Assembly: GCA_963795085.1 (NCBI GenBank)
Contig: CAWCFX010000006.1
Coordinates: 736,001-800,000, forward strand
DNA length: 64,000 nucleotides
Direction: 5' to 3'
Source of the DNA: an uncultured Gemmatimonadales bacterium
GTDB taxonomy: Bacteria; Gemmatimonadota; Gemmatimonadetes; Gemmatimonadales; GWC2-71-9
Below the pieces are notes generated by a model. That model saw nothing but the letters and a program-made list of their open reading frames with translations. It was not told the origin of the DNA and did no database searches. Positions within the stretch are counted from its first letter, which is position 1. Each line of letters opens with the position of its first letter. The translations under genes and the position numbers were made by a program. Below are positions 1 through 8,902 of the stretch, piece by piece.

Positions 1-1147
1 AGGCGGTGCGGACGCCGAGGTGCTCCGCCACGAAGCCGGCCTGCAGGGAGCCGAAGGGCGCCAGGCCCAGGATCAGGAATGAATACACTCCCATCACCCG
101 CCCCCGCAGGTGGTCGGGGGCGCCGGACTGCAGCAGGGTGTTGGTCAGCACGTTGTTGAGCACCATGGCGGTGCCGGCCAGCAGCATGAGGGCCAGGGCC
201 AGCGGATAGTTCACCATGAACGAGGCGGCCACCAGGCAGGCGCCGAAGACGATCCCGGCGCCGAGGATGGTGCGCCGTCGCTTGATCTTGTGGCCGAACC
301 CGGCCACGAACAGGGCGGCGCCGAGGGCGCCCACCCCGACCGCGGAGAGGAGGCCGCCGTAGCCGGCCGCCCCGGCGCCCAGCGCTTCCTCGGCGAACAC
401 CGGCAGCATGGGGACGAAGGCGAACCCGAAGATCGAGAGCGTCCCCGTCAGGATCACCAGCGCCCGGGGCCACGGCTCGCCCAGCACGAAGTCCATCCCT
501 TCCCGGAAGGTCCCCACCGCGCGGGCGGCCGGGTCCGGGCCGGCGGCGGGCATCCGCATCATCCGGAGCCCCAGGATCACGGCGAGGTAGCTCGCGGCGT
601 TGGCGAAGAAACAGGCGGCGATGCCGAGGGTGCTGATGAAGAGCGCGGCGATCACCGGGCCGATGATCCGGCTGAGGTTGAAGATGGACGAGTTGAGGGC
701 GATGGCGTTCATCAGGTTGTCGCGGCCGGCGATCTCCACCACGAAGGCCTGCCGGGCCGGCACCTCGAACGCCGTGATGGTCCCGATGATCACCGCCAGC
801 ACCATGATGATGGGGACGCTGATCAGGCCCCCCTGGACCAGGAACCCGGTGGCCAGCACCGGCAGCAGCATCATCCAGTTGAGCATCTGGATGAACCCGT
901 GCTTCCGGACCCGGTCGGCCACCACCCCGCCATAGAGCGTCAGCAGCATGATCGGCAGCGAGCCCAGCGTGCTCACCAGCCCCACCTGCAGCGGGGAATC
1001 GGAGATCTGGAACACCAGCCAGCCCAGCGCCACGTTCTGGATCCAGGACCCGGACAGCGAGATGAATTGCCCGATGATGAACAGCCGGAAATTCCGCTGC
1101 CGGAGCGATGCGAATGGAGCGGGACGGCCGGCGGGAAGGTCGGGCAT
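1..1147 (-). CDS. MFS transporter (MFS_3/DHA3-like), 3' end runs off the window
   Basis: Read manually on the minus strand (absent from the ORF track): ATG at 1147, MPDLPAGRPAPFASLRQRNFRLFIIGQFISLSGSWIQNVALGWLV...GGVVADRV...AFEVPARQAFV...AIALNSSIFNLSRIIGP; many TM segments. Confidence 0.9.
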   Translation of the reverse strand, partial: MPDLPAGRPAPFASLRQRNFRLFIIGQFISLSGSWIQNVALGWLVFQISDSPLQVGLVSTLGSLPIMLLTLYGGVVADRVRKHGFIQMLNWMMLLPVLATGFLVQGGLISVPIIMVLAVIIGTITAFEVPARQAFVVEIAGRDNLMNAIALNSSIFNLSRIIGPVIAALFISTLGIAACFFANAASYLAVILGLRMMRMPAAGPDPAARAVGTFREGMDFVLGEPWPRALVILTGTLSIFGFAFVPMLPVFAEEALGAGAAGYGGLLSAVGVGALGAALFVAGFGHKIKRRRTILGAGIVFGACLVAASFMVNYPLALALMLLAGTAMVLNNVLTNTLLQSGAPDHLRGRVMGVYSFLILGLAPFGSLQAGFVAEHLGVRTA

Positions 1148-1163
1148 GACGGAATGAAGATAA

Positions 1164-1412
1164 CAGTGGGTCAAAAGAGTGGGTCAGTGGGCAAGGGGGT
1201 CAGTGGGACACACGGGAGCTTGCCCCACGGCCCTACTGACCCACTGCCCCACTGTCCCACTGTCCCACTGTCCCACTGTCCCACTGTCCCACTGTCCCAC
1301 TGTCCCACTGTCCCACTGTCCCCCTGTCCCTCTGTCCCACTGTCCCACTGTCCCACTGTCCCACTGCCCCACTGTTTTGTCCCCCTTGCCCCCTTACCCC
1401 CTTGCCCCCTTG
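1164..1412. repeat. Octamer-repeat element R1: (CAGTGGGW)n arm, core, (WCCCACTG)n arm, CCCCTTG tail
   Basis: Directly visible; core GACACACGGGAGCTTGCCCCAC at 1207-1228. Confidence 0.95.
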
Positions 1413-1420
1413 TTTAAACC

Positions 1421-2704
1421 ATGCGCTTCACCACCTACTCCAGGTACGTCCCCGAGATGGCCGACGCGGTCAATCTCCAGGGCCTGCTGGACCAGCTGAG
1501 CGACTTTCTGCTCCAGTCCGGGTTTGCCGGCGGGAGCCTGCCCTTCTGGGACGACGAGGGGGACAACCGGTCGCTGGAATCCCTGCGGCAGGCCATCCTC
1601 AAGGCGCTGATGGATTCCGGCCAGCTCACGCCGGAGATGCTCCAGGTGCTCCGGGGCGAGAGCACCGGCGACCCGGCCCGGGATGCGCAGATCAAGGCCG
1701 AGCTGGGCGAGCTGCTCGATAAGATCGTGCAGCGGCTGATCGACGAGGGTTTGCTCAACCTCTCCCAGCCGCCCCAGATGCCGGGGGGGCATGAGGCCAT
1801 GACCGGCCCGGGCGGCGAGGCCCGGGCCGCGGCCCAGCAGGTGGAGTTCAATCTCACCGAGAAGGGCATCGATTTCCTCGGCTACAAGACCCTCCGGAAC
1901 CTGCTGGGATCCATCGGCAAGTCGAGCTTCGGGGCGCACGAGACCGCTCACCTGGCCACCAGCGTCGAGTCCGAGGCCGCCAGCCGGCCCTACGAGTTCG
2001 GCGACGTCATGAACCTGGACGTGCCGGCCACCCTCAACCGGGCCATCGCGCGGGAAGGGCTGGGCGTGCCGCTCAACCTCGAGTACGGCGACCTCATGGT
2101 GCACCAGAGCGAGTACCGCTCCTCGGCCGCGACCGTGCTGATGCTGGACTGCTCCCACTCGATGATCCTCTACGGCGAGGACCGCTTCACCCCGGCCAAG
2201 AAGGTGGCGCTGGCGCTGACCCACCTGATCCGGACCCAGTTCCCCGGCGACACCCTGCGCGTGGTGCTCTTTCATGATTCGGCGGAGGAGATCCCGCTGG
2301 CGGCGCTGGCCAGCGCCCAGGTGGGGCCCTACCACACCAACACGGCGGAAGGCCTCAAGCTGGCGCGGAAGATCCTGGGCGGCCAGAAGAAGGACATGAA
2401 GCAGATCATCATGATCACCGACGGCAAGCCCTCCGCGCTCACCATGCCGGACGGCCGGATCTACGTGAACTCGATGGGACTCGACCCGATGATCATCAAG
2501 GAGACCTACAAGGAGGTCGCCAACTGCCGCCGGAGCGGGATCATGATCAACACGTTCATGCTGGCCCGGGACCGGAGCCTGGTGGAGTTCGTGAAGAAGG
2601 TGGAGGAGATCTGCCGGGGAAAGGCGTATTTCACGAATACGATGACGCTGGGGCAGTTTATTCTGATGGATTTCATGAAAAGGAAGACGCGGCGGGTGTC
2701 GTAA
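1421..2704 (+). CDS. vWA domain-containing protein
   Basis: 427 aa; MIDAS motif [21 protein letters not shown]. Confidence 0.9.
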   Translation: MRFTTYSRYVPEMADAVNLQGLLDQLSDFLLQSGFAGGSLPFWDDEGDNRSLESLRQAILKALMDSGQLTPEMLQVLRGESTGDPARDAQIKAELGELLDKIVQRLIDEGLLNLSQPPQMPGGHEAMTGPGGEARAAAQQVEFNLTEKGIDFLGYKTLRNLLGSIGKSSFGAHETAHLATSVESEAASRPYEFGDVMNLDVPATLNRAIAREGLGVPLNLEYGDLMVHQSEYRSSAATVLMLDCSHSMILYGEDRFTPAKKVALALTHLIRTQFPGDTLRVVLFHDSAEEIPLAALASAQVGPYHTNTAEGLKLARKILGGQKKDMKQIIMITDGKPSALTMPDGRIYVNSMGLDPMIIKETYKEVANCRRSGIMINTFMLARDRSLVEFVKKVEEICRGKAYFTNTMTLGQFILMDFMKRKTRRVS

Positions 2705-2742
2705 CCTCACCCCCCTTCCCCCTCTCCACTTCGTGGAGAGGG
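2705..2742. repeat. REP-like hairpin CCTCACCCCC..CCCTCTCCAC-TTC-GTGGAGAGGG overlapping the DUF559 3' end
   Basis: Perfect stem; same sequence as the hairpins at 3250-3452. Confidence 0.85.
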
Positions 2743-3105
2743 AGTGTCTTCTGGTCTCAGCACCGCTTCGATGGCGGCCATGAGAGCCGGTCTGGTGATC
2801 AGCTCATTGCGGATCCGGACCACCCGGCGGCCTATGCTCACCAGGTGTTCGTCTCGAGCCGCGTCTCGTTCGCGCTGGGCCAGGTCGTCGTGAACCGACC
2901 CGTCAACTTCCAGGACCAGTTTCAGCGCCGGGCAGTAGAAGTCAATGATGAATCCGTCAATGACGTGCTGGCGGCGGAACTTGAGGCCTCGGAGGCGGCG
3001 GTTCCGGATGAGATTCCACACCTTGGCTTCGGACGGAGTGGGCTCCTTCCGGGATTGCCGGGAGAGACCGACCTTGATGGGGGTAGGACACCTGGGTTTG
3101 CGCAT
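2707..3105 (-). CDS. DUF559 / Vsr-like PD-(D/E)xK endonuclease
   Basis: 132 aa from ATG 3105; RKEPTPSEAKVW..IRNRRLRGLKFRRQHVIDGFIIDFYC..LVLEVDGSVH..RDAARD..G.RVVRIRN. Confidence 0.88.
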   Translation of the reverse strand: MRKPRCPTPIKVGLSRQSRKEPTPSEAKVWNLIRNRRLRGLKFRRQHVIDGFIIDFYCPALKLVLEVDGSVHDDLAQRERDAARDEHLVSIGRRVVRIRNELITRPALMAAIEAVLRPEDTPSPRSGEGEGG

Positions 3106-3171
3106 GCAGGAAAGATCTGGCCACCCCGGGAAAGGGTGGCATCCGAAGAGCGCGTTTGGTACCGAATAAAC

Positions 3172-3550
3172 GCGCCTCACCCCCAACACCCTCTCCATTT
3201 CGCCGCCTCACGCCCCATCCCCCTCTCCATTTCGCCTCACCCCCCTGCCCCCCTCTCCACTTCGTGGAGAAGGGGTTACTACCGAGGGAATCTCCCAAAC
3301 CTGGCTCGAGATACGAACAACCCAGCCTCCCCTCGCCTCACCCCCCTGCCCCCTTCTCCACTTCGTGGAGAAGGGGTTACTACCGAGGGAATCTCCCAAA
3401 CAGCTGGAGATACGAACAACCCAACCTCCCCTCTCCACGAAGTGGAGAGGGGTCGGGGGTGAGGCGAGGGGCTAGGGTGAGGCAAGGGGCTAGGGGTGAG
3501 GCGAGGGGCCGGGGATGAGGTAAGTGCTAGGGGTGAGGCGAGGGGCTGGG
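3172..3550. repeat. REP/REPIN-like array: two ~100-bp direct repeats, an inverted hairpin, and short CGCCTCACCCC / GGGGTGAGGCG arms
   Basis: Units ~3232-3332 and ~3333-3432 share CTCCACTTCGTGGAGAAGGGGTTACTACCGAGGGAATCTCCCAAAC and GAGATACGAACAACCCA; inverted hairpin CTCTCCACGAAGTGGAGAG at ~3431-3449. Confidence 0.9.
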
Positions 3551-3556
3551 CTGAAC

Positions 3557-3916
3557 TCAATCTTCCGGCCACAACCTCCCCCGCCCCACCACCGACTCGA
3601 CCGCCGAAACCAGGTTGGGGCGGTTCACCGCGGTGGAGGCCAGGCGGGCGACCTTGATCCCGGAGCTTTCCAGCGCCTCCGCCAGGGCCGGCTGCCCCGG
3701 GGCGCCTTCGCTCTCGACCAGCTCCACCACCAGCCCCAGCTCCGGGCAGTAGAACCCCGCCAGCACGCCGTTGATGACCGCGTGGCGCCGGAAGGTGTAG
3801 CCCAGGAGCCCCTGCTCCAGGATGCGCCACACCTCCCGCTCCGCCCGGGTCCACGGGCGGGCCATCTGCTGGCTCAGCTCAGCGCTGGTGATGGTGGGTG
3901 TGAAGGGCCCTGTCAT
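3557..3916 (-). CDS. Degenerate DUF559-like protein (predicted inactive paralog)
   Basis: 119 aa; TRAEREVWRIL..GYTFRRHAVINGVLAGFYCPELGLVVEL aligns with the neighbouring DUF559, but DFYC becomes GFYC and EVDGSVH becomes ELVESEG. Confidence 0.7.
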   Translation of the reverse strand: MTGPFTPTITSAELSQQMARPWTRAEREVWRILEQGLLGYTFRRHAVINGVLAGFYCPELGLVVELVESEGAPGQPALAEALESSGIKVARLASTAVNRPNLVSAVESVVGRGRLWPED

Positions 3917-4032
3917 GGCAGTAAAGGTAAGAGGACAAGGGCACGGGCGGTAACCCGATTCCCGCATGGCGGGCGCAAAACTACGCATGGGTCGCGCTTG
4001 CACTCGCTCAGCGACTCGCTCACATTGTCAGC

Positions 4033-4230
4033 ATGATCCGGAGTACCGAGCCATTGGAATGGGAGCTCTATCGGGCGATGACCGTCGCCCGCAAGCTGGA
4101 GGTTGCCCACGGGCTCTGGGAAATGGCGTGGGCGCTCAAGACGGCGGTGATCCGGAGGGACCATCCCACCTGGTCAGAGCCGGCCATACGGGCGGAAGTT
4201 CGTCGCCACTTCGCCAATGCAGAGCCCTGA
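4033..4230 (+). CDS. Small helical protein, putative antitoxin partner of the downstream nucleotidyltransferase
   Basis: 65 aa; YRAMTVARKL..IRRDHPTWSE; overlaps the next gene by 14 nt. Confidence 0.65.
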   Translation: MIRSTEPLEWELYRAMTVARKLEVAHGLWEMAWALKTAVIRRDHPTWSEPAIRAEVRRHFANAEP

Positions 4231-4786
4231 TCTCCTCAGTCTGTTTGTAGCCCCTCTCAATCTCCTGAACATTTCTCACATGGCCACCGGCGCCGTGGCC
4301 GCCATTGCCTATTCCGTCCCCCGCCTGACGAATGACATAGACCTGGTCGTCCGCCTCACCCCAGGCGATGCGAGCCGACTCGCCACCGCCTTCAGGAGCG
4401 AGGCCTTCTACCTTCCTCCGGAGGAGGTCATCCTGGAGGAGCTGCGCCGTGCCCGGCATGGACATTTCAACATCATCCACCTCGAAACCGGCCTTCGGGC
4501 CGACGTGTACCTCGCGGGGGATGATCCGCTCCACGCCTGGGCCTTTGATCGACGTGTGCAGGAGCAGGTCGGCGACACCACGCTCTGGCTGGCACCCGTC
4601 GAGTACGTGATCACCCGAAAACTCATCTTCTACCGGGACGGCGGGTCGGCAAAGCATCTCACCGACATCGCCCACATGATCCGGATCAGCTCACCCCGCA
4701 TCAACCGGAGCGACCTCCTCCGCCTCATCGGCGAGCAGGGAGTCGAGGCCGAGTGGCGCCAGGTCGAAGGATTCGCCACCCTCTGA
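4217..4786 (+). CDS. Nucleotidyltransferase (DUF6036/AbiEii-like), putative toxin
   Basis: 189 aa; TGAVAAIAYSVPRLTNDIDLVV (G..A..R.T.DID), K..F..GGS.KH..DI. Confidence 0.8.
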   Translation: MQSPDLLSLFVAPLNLLNISHMATGAVAAIAYSVPRLTNDIDLVVRLTPGDASRLATAFRSEAFYLPPEEVILEELRRARHGHFNIIHLETGLRADVYLAGDDPLHAWAFDRRVQEQVGDTTLWLAPVEYVITRKLIFYRDGGSAKHLTDIAHMIRISSPRINRSDLLRLIGEQGVEAEWRQVEGFATL

Positions 4787-5505
4787 ACGCCCTCCCCACC
4801 CTCGCCGACCTCAACGCCGCTATTCCATCCTGCACCCGGTGTCCCCGGCTCCGCGCCTGGTGCCTGGAGGTCGCCCGCGTAAAGAAGAAAGAGTTCCGCG
4901 ACTGGGACTACTGGGGACTCCCCGTCCCCGGCTTCGGCGACCCGGAGGCCCGGCTCCTGATCGTGGGACTCGCACCCGCCGCCCACGGCGCCAACCGCAC
5001 CGGCCGGATGTTCACCGGCGACTCCAGCGGCAACTGGCTCTACGAGGCGCTCCACCGCCACGGCTTCGCCAGCCAGCCGGACTCCCACACCCGTAACGAT
5101 GCCCTGCAACTCCACGGCTGCTACATCAGCGCCTCGGCACGCTGCGCCCCGCCCGACAACAAGCCCACGAAAGAGGAACTGGACAACTGCCGCCCCTGGC
5201 TCGAGGCCGAGCTGGCCCTCCTGCCGCGGGCAAACGTGGTCCTGGTGCTGGGGAGAATCGCCTGGGAGAACTACCTCCGCGCCTCCGGCCGCTGGGGCCG
5301 GGCAGCAGAGCGGCCGCCGTTCGGCCACGGCCGGGAACACCGGTTCGCCGACGGGGTCACCCTGCTCTCGTCGTTTCACCCCAGCCGGCAGAACACGAAC
5401 ACCGGGCGGCTGACCCGGGAGATGTGGTACCAAGTCTTCGCGCGGGCGCGCACATTAGCACAGGAGCCGAAGGGAGGAACAGCTCCTCGCGAAGAGACGG
5501 AGTAG
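4753..5505 (+). CDS. Uracil-DNA glycosylase family 5 (UdgB-like); the true start may be near 4783
   Basis: CTRCPRL Fe-S motif, GLAPAAHGANRTGRMFTGD, RCAPPDNKP, FHPSRQN. Confidence 0.92.
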   Translation: MAPGRRIRHPLNALPTLADLNAAIPSCTRCPRLRAWCLEVARVKKKEFRDWDYWGLPVPGFGDPEARLLIVGLAPAAHGANRTGRMFTGDSSGNWLYEALHRHGFASQPDSHTRNDALQLHGCYISASARCAPPDNKPTKEELDNCRPWLEAELALLPRANVVLVLGRIAWENYLRASGRWGRAAERPPFGHGREHRFADGVTLLSSFHPSRQNTNTGRLTREMWYQVFARARTLAQEPKGGTAPREETE

Positions 5506-5580
5506 GCCGGAGAACCCGGAGGAGGAACAGCTCCTCACAGAGCGAACGGAGCCGAACGATGGACACGGAGGAACCACCTC
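5473..5580. repeat. Three GGAGGAACAGCTCCTC-type hairpin repeats at ~47-bp spacing
   Basis: Copies at 5473-5488, 5521-5536 and a degenerate copy at 5567-5580. Confidence 0.6.
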
Positions 5581-5727
5581 ATACGGCAACAAGAAAGACC
5601 GTCGCAAACCATCCTGTCTTTTCTTATTGACGGATTTCAGCAATCGCACGCGATGCGTTTCCTGTCCTGTTTGTGTTTCGTGCTTTCGTGAGCGGCTGTT
5701 TCTTCGTGTTCCTTTGTGAGCGGATGC

Positions 5728-6177
5728 TCAGGTCCTCCTTTCCCCACCGAATATCGCGATCACCTCGTACGCCCCCCCTTCCCCTCCCGGCGGCTCCCCC
5801 TCCCGGGCCAGCCAGGCGTGGGCCAGCATTTCCTCTCCCTCCCGCCGCACTCCGATATACATCTCCACCAGCACCCCGCTCCGCCGGAGCAGGTGAAACA
5901 GCACCACCGACCGGGTGAGGCAGGTCCGTCGCCACGGGGGCGGCAGCCGGCCCAGCATCCGGTCCACGGCGGCCACGATCGCCGCCTGCTGGTCCGCACT
6001 GGGCCGCTTGACCCGGGCCGGCCGCCCCAGTCGCTCGGCCAGCCGGTCCAGCGCCACCAGCCGCAGCAGCGGCGGCAGCACCAGCCCCGCCGCGAGGATC
6101 CGCACCCGCCAGAGCACCGTCAGACGTTCAGGAATCAGGATACCAGGGAGGAGGAGACGAAAAAGAGACCGGCCCAC
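5728..6177 (-). CDS. Lasso peptide B2-like / transglutaminase-like cysteine protease
   Basis: TCLTRSVVLF..L...G..V.MYIGVRR....AHAWL motif. Confidence 0.8.
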   Translation of the reverse strand: MGRSLFRLLLPGILIPERLTVLWRVRILAAGLVLPPLLRLVALDRLAERLGRPARVKRPSADQQAAIVAAVDRMLGRLPPPWRRTCLTRSVVLFHLLRRSGVLVEMYIGVRREGEEMLAHAWLAREGEPPGGEGGAYEVIAIFGGERRT

Positions 6178-6225
6178 CGCGCCGGTCTCAATATCACTCG
6201 ATCAATCCGCAATCGGCAATCCGCC

Positions 6226-7665
6226 TCAGGGCTTGGTGCCCGTCACCCGCTTCACCGTGGTGCCCGCGGCGATGGTCTGGCCCGCGGTGAGATCGTTGAT
6301 CAGCGCGATCTCGCCCACCGGCACGGGGGAGGGATACTGCTGGTAGAACTGTTCCAGCGTCATGGCCCGCGGCACCCGCACCAGGCCGATGCGCATCGGC
6401 TGGGCATTGAGCGCCGACTGGTCGGTCAGGGTGCGGAAGCTGCCCATGGTCCGCATGAAGTCGTCGCTGTAGGTGTTGATCTTGGCCGCCGAGGTGTAGC
6501 CGAGGATCTGGTAGGTGTTGCCGCTGTAGGAGAGGAACGTCGCCACCCCGCGGATCACGCCCTCCTGGGTCTGCGCCTCGAAGGCGGTGGTCACCGCCGG
6601 GTTGCCGTTGATGCTGGTCCGGTTGGACTGGAGCGCCCGGATGCCCTGCTGCTGGAAGAACGCCGTGTTGGCCTGGTCGGGCGACTTGCCCTCGGCCAGG
6701 GTCAGCTGCATGGCGGCGTCGTTGCTGCTGCTCACCGCGACCACCGCGGCGGTCTGGTTCTGGTACTTCCACCCCTGCGGGAAATCGATCTGGAACCGGA
6801 GGTCCGGGTGCAGGAAGAGGCCGTTCCGGAAGAAGCCCTGCCGGGGGTTCTGGCCATAGACCATGTTGTCGAGCACCCGGAGGTAGCCGTCCCGGTTCAC
6901 GACCGCGTTGGCCGGCACCCGCCCGATGGAATCGAGCCGCGCCTGGGTGGCGGCCAGCCGGTTGCCGGGGTTCGGGTGGCTGGAGAGCCACACCGGGAGC
7001 CCGCTGCCGCCGGAAGCGGCGCCGACCCGCTCGAGCGTCCGGAACACGTCGAGCATCTCCCGCACGTCGTAGTTGGTGGACAGCGAATACTTGAAGCCCA
7101 GCTCGTCGGCCTGGTTCTCGGCGTCCCGCCCGTACTTGAGGAAGAGGACGCTGAGTCCGGCGCCGGCCACCCCGGCCACGTTGGCGACGTTTTCGGAGAG
7201 GATGCTGCCGACGCCGAGCCCGAGCTGGGCCACCTGGGAGCGCGAGATCATCTGGACCGAGTGCTTCGCCGTGATGTGGCCGATCTCGTGTCCGAGTACC
7301 GCGGCCAGCTCGGCCTCGGAGTTGAGCGTCGCCATGATCCCGCGGGTGACGAAGATGGGGCCGCCGGGGAGGGCGAAGGCGTTGACCGCCGGGTCGTCCA
7401 CCACCTGGAAGCTCCAGGGCAGGCTGGGCCGCTCGGAGAGCGCGGCCATCCGCTTGCCGATGCCGGAGACGTAGCTCTGGGCCTGGGCGTCGTCATAGAG
7501 CCCGATGCTGGCCGCGACCTCCTGCTTGGCCTGCTGGCCCATGCTGATCTCCTGCGACTCCGACACCAGGGACAGCTCGCTCCGGCCGGTGACCGGGTTG
7601 GTGGCACAGCCGATCGCGGTTGCAAGGCCAAGGCCCACCCAGGATGCTCCCACCCATGTTTTCAT
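6226..7665 (-). CDS. M48 family metalloprotease lipoprotein
   Basis: Lipobox AIGC, ATNPVTG, VNAFALPGG, HEIGH, ENQADELG, SSHP. Confidence 0.93.
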   Translation of the reverse strand: MKTWVGASWVGLGLATAIGCATNPVTGRSELSLVSESQEISMGQQAKQEVAASIGLYDDAQAQSYVSGIGKRMAALSERPSLPWSFQVVDDPAVNAFALPGGPIFVTRGIMATLNSEAELAAVLGHEIGHITAKHSVQMISRSQVAQLGLGVGSILSENVANVAGVAGAGLSVLFLKYGRDAENQADELGFKYSLSTNYDVREMLDVFRTLERVGAASGGSGLPVWLSSHPNPGNRLAATQARLDSIGRVPANAVVNRDGYLRVLDNMVYGQNPRQGFFRNGLFLHPDLRFQIDFPQGWKYQNQTAAVVAVSSSNDAAMQLTLAEGKSPDQANTAFFQQQGIRALQSNRTSINGNPAVTTAFEAQTQEGVIRGVATFLSYSGNTYQILGYTSAAKINTYSDDFMRTMGSFRTLTDQSALNAQPMRIGLVRVPRAMTLEQFYQQYPSPVPVGEIALINDLTAGQTIAAGTTVKRVTGTKP

Positions 7666-7797
7666 AACCCGTTCCCGCCAAAGGTTTTTGGTTGGCCCCG
7701 CGCCCCGCGCGGCGGCCTGTCACTTTCAATCTAGGGGAATGGGCGGTGGGGGCTGTGGGCTGCGTTACAAAGGTGGGGCCCTCACCGCCTCATCCCG

Positions 7798-7945
7798 GAG
7801 TGGGTCAGTGCAAACAGTGGGACAGTGGGTCAGTGGGACAGTGGGTCAGTGGGACAGTGGGTCAGTGGGACAGTGGGACAGTGGGTCAGTGGGACAGTGG
7901 GTCAGTGGGACAGTGGGTCAGTGGGTCAGTGGGTCAGTGGGACAG
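7798..7945. repeat. Octamer array R2 (G-rich arm only, about 16 CAGTGGGW units)
   Basis: Directly visible. Confidence 0.95.
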
Positions 7946-8254
7946 CCCCGTCCCTCCCCGTGGACACAGCCGGCATTTCTTTCCGCCAGCATCGCTACAT
8001 CACCGGTGCACCAACGAGGTGCACCGCGCACATCGCGCACTGTTGATTCGGGAATCCTTCGCTCCTGCTCGACACCGTTTCACTCACCTCCGGAACTTTC
8101 GCACTTCCCAACCAAAACTTGGGACTTCTCGACCACAGGACGCTTGTTCTCCTGCATCAGTATCCGGGTCATGCTGCACCAGCATGACACTTCTCCTGCA
8201 CCAGGATGCCGGTCATGCTGGTCGGGCTGGCACTCACGCATGGAGAGCGAGAAT

Positions 8255-8605
8255 ATCCGGACCGACCGGGTCCTGGTCCGGACCAGCAGGCTCCCAGTCC
8301 GGGGCGACAGGTTCGTGGTCCAGGCCTGCAGCAGCGTGGTCCGGAGCAACAGCTTCGTGGTCACCCCCTGGCAGCGGCTTGTGCTGGAGCGACAGGGACT
8401 TGCGCGCGCCCGACAGGGAGCTGCTTCCGCTCGACCAGGGAGCCCGTCATGCTGCTCCAGCAGTACACTACCGCGTGACAGCCTGGCACTCCCGGATAGT
8501 GAGTGCGAAGGTCCGGACCGACAGGGCCGTGCGCCGGTCCGCCAGGGTCGTGAGCAGGTCCGACAGGGTCGTGAGCGGGACCGACAGGGCCGTGTGCAGC
8601 ATCGA
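8255..8605. repeat. Two tracts of degenerate 21-bp tandem repeats
   Basis: GTCCGGACCAGCAGGCTCCCA / GTCCGGGGCGACAGGTTCGTG / GTCCAGGCCTGCAGCAGCGTG series at ~8256-8363; CGACAGGGYCGTG series at ~8519-8600. Confidence 0.75.
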
Positions 8606-8902
8606 GAGATTGCCGCGCGGGACCGGCAGGCGGCTGGTACCGGACCGCCGGCCTTTCCCGCCGGTCCCGCGGCACGTGCCGCCACCCTCACCAGCTACCT
8701 GCACCGGTTTGACACGCCGGCGTGCACTGTCGCTTGGCGGTCGCCGCCGGCTCATGGCATGCCCGATGCTTCCCGAGGTCTCCGACCGCGATGCGTGTCG
8801 CGCAGCAGTGGCGTCGCGAGTCCCCCGTGCAGTCAACCTGGAGAACCGAACGCACCGCGACCGCTCGGCACTCTCCTCTCCTCCATGAAAGGGAGGTGTA
8901 CC

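Noticed and set aside
110..1417. 435-aa plus-strand ORF and the many other long antisense ORFs (for example 5716-7734, 31503-34493, 37652-39706)
   Set aside because: Shadow ORFs opposite recognisable genes in high-GC DNA.
1171..1499. ORFs rich in GQWDSGTV or SHCPTVPL (also at 7.8, 9.6, 12.7, 17, 18.5 and 39.7 kb), resembling Cys-rich RiPP precursors
   Set aside because: They are translations of the 8-bp DNA repeat, which is open in most frames; they have no RBS, and the 8-nt period is not codon-phased.
3232..3452. CRISPR array next to a nuclease gene
   Set aside because: The segments between hairpins are near-identical copies rather than unique spacers, there are only three hairpins, and one is inverted.
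5473..5580. Mini-CRISPR (16-bp repeats with ~30-bp spacers)
   Set aside because: The repeat is too short, the spacers resemble each other, and the first copy lies inside the udgB coding end.
7505..8902. N-terminal extension making a 685-aa protein
   Set aside because: It runs through the octamer array and low-complexity sequence; the strong RBS supports a start at 8903.
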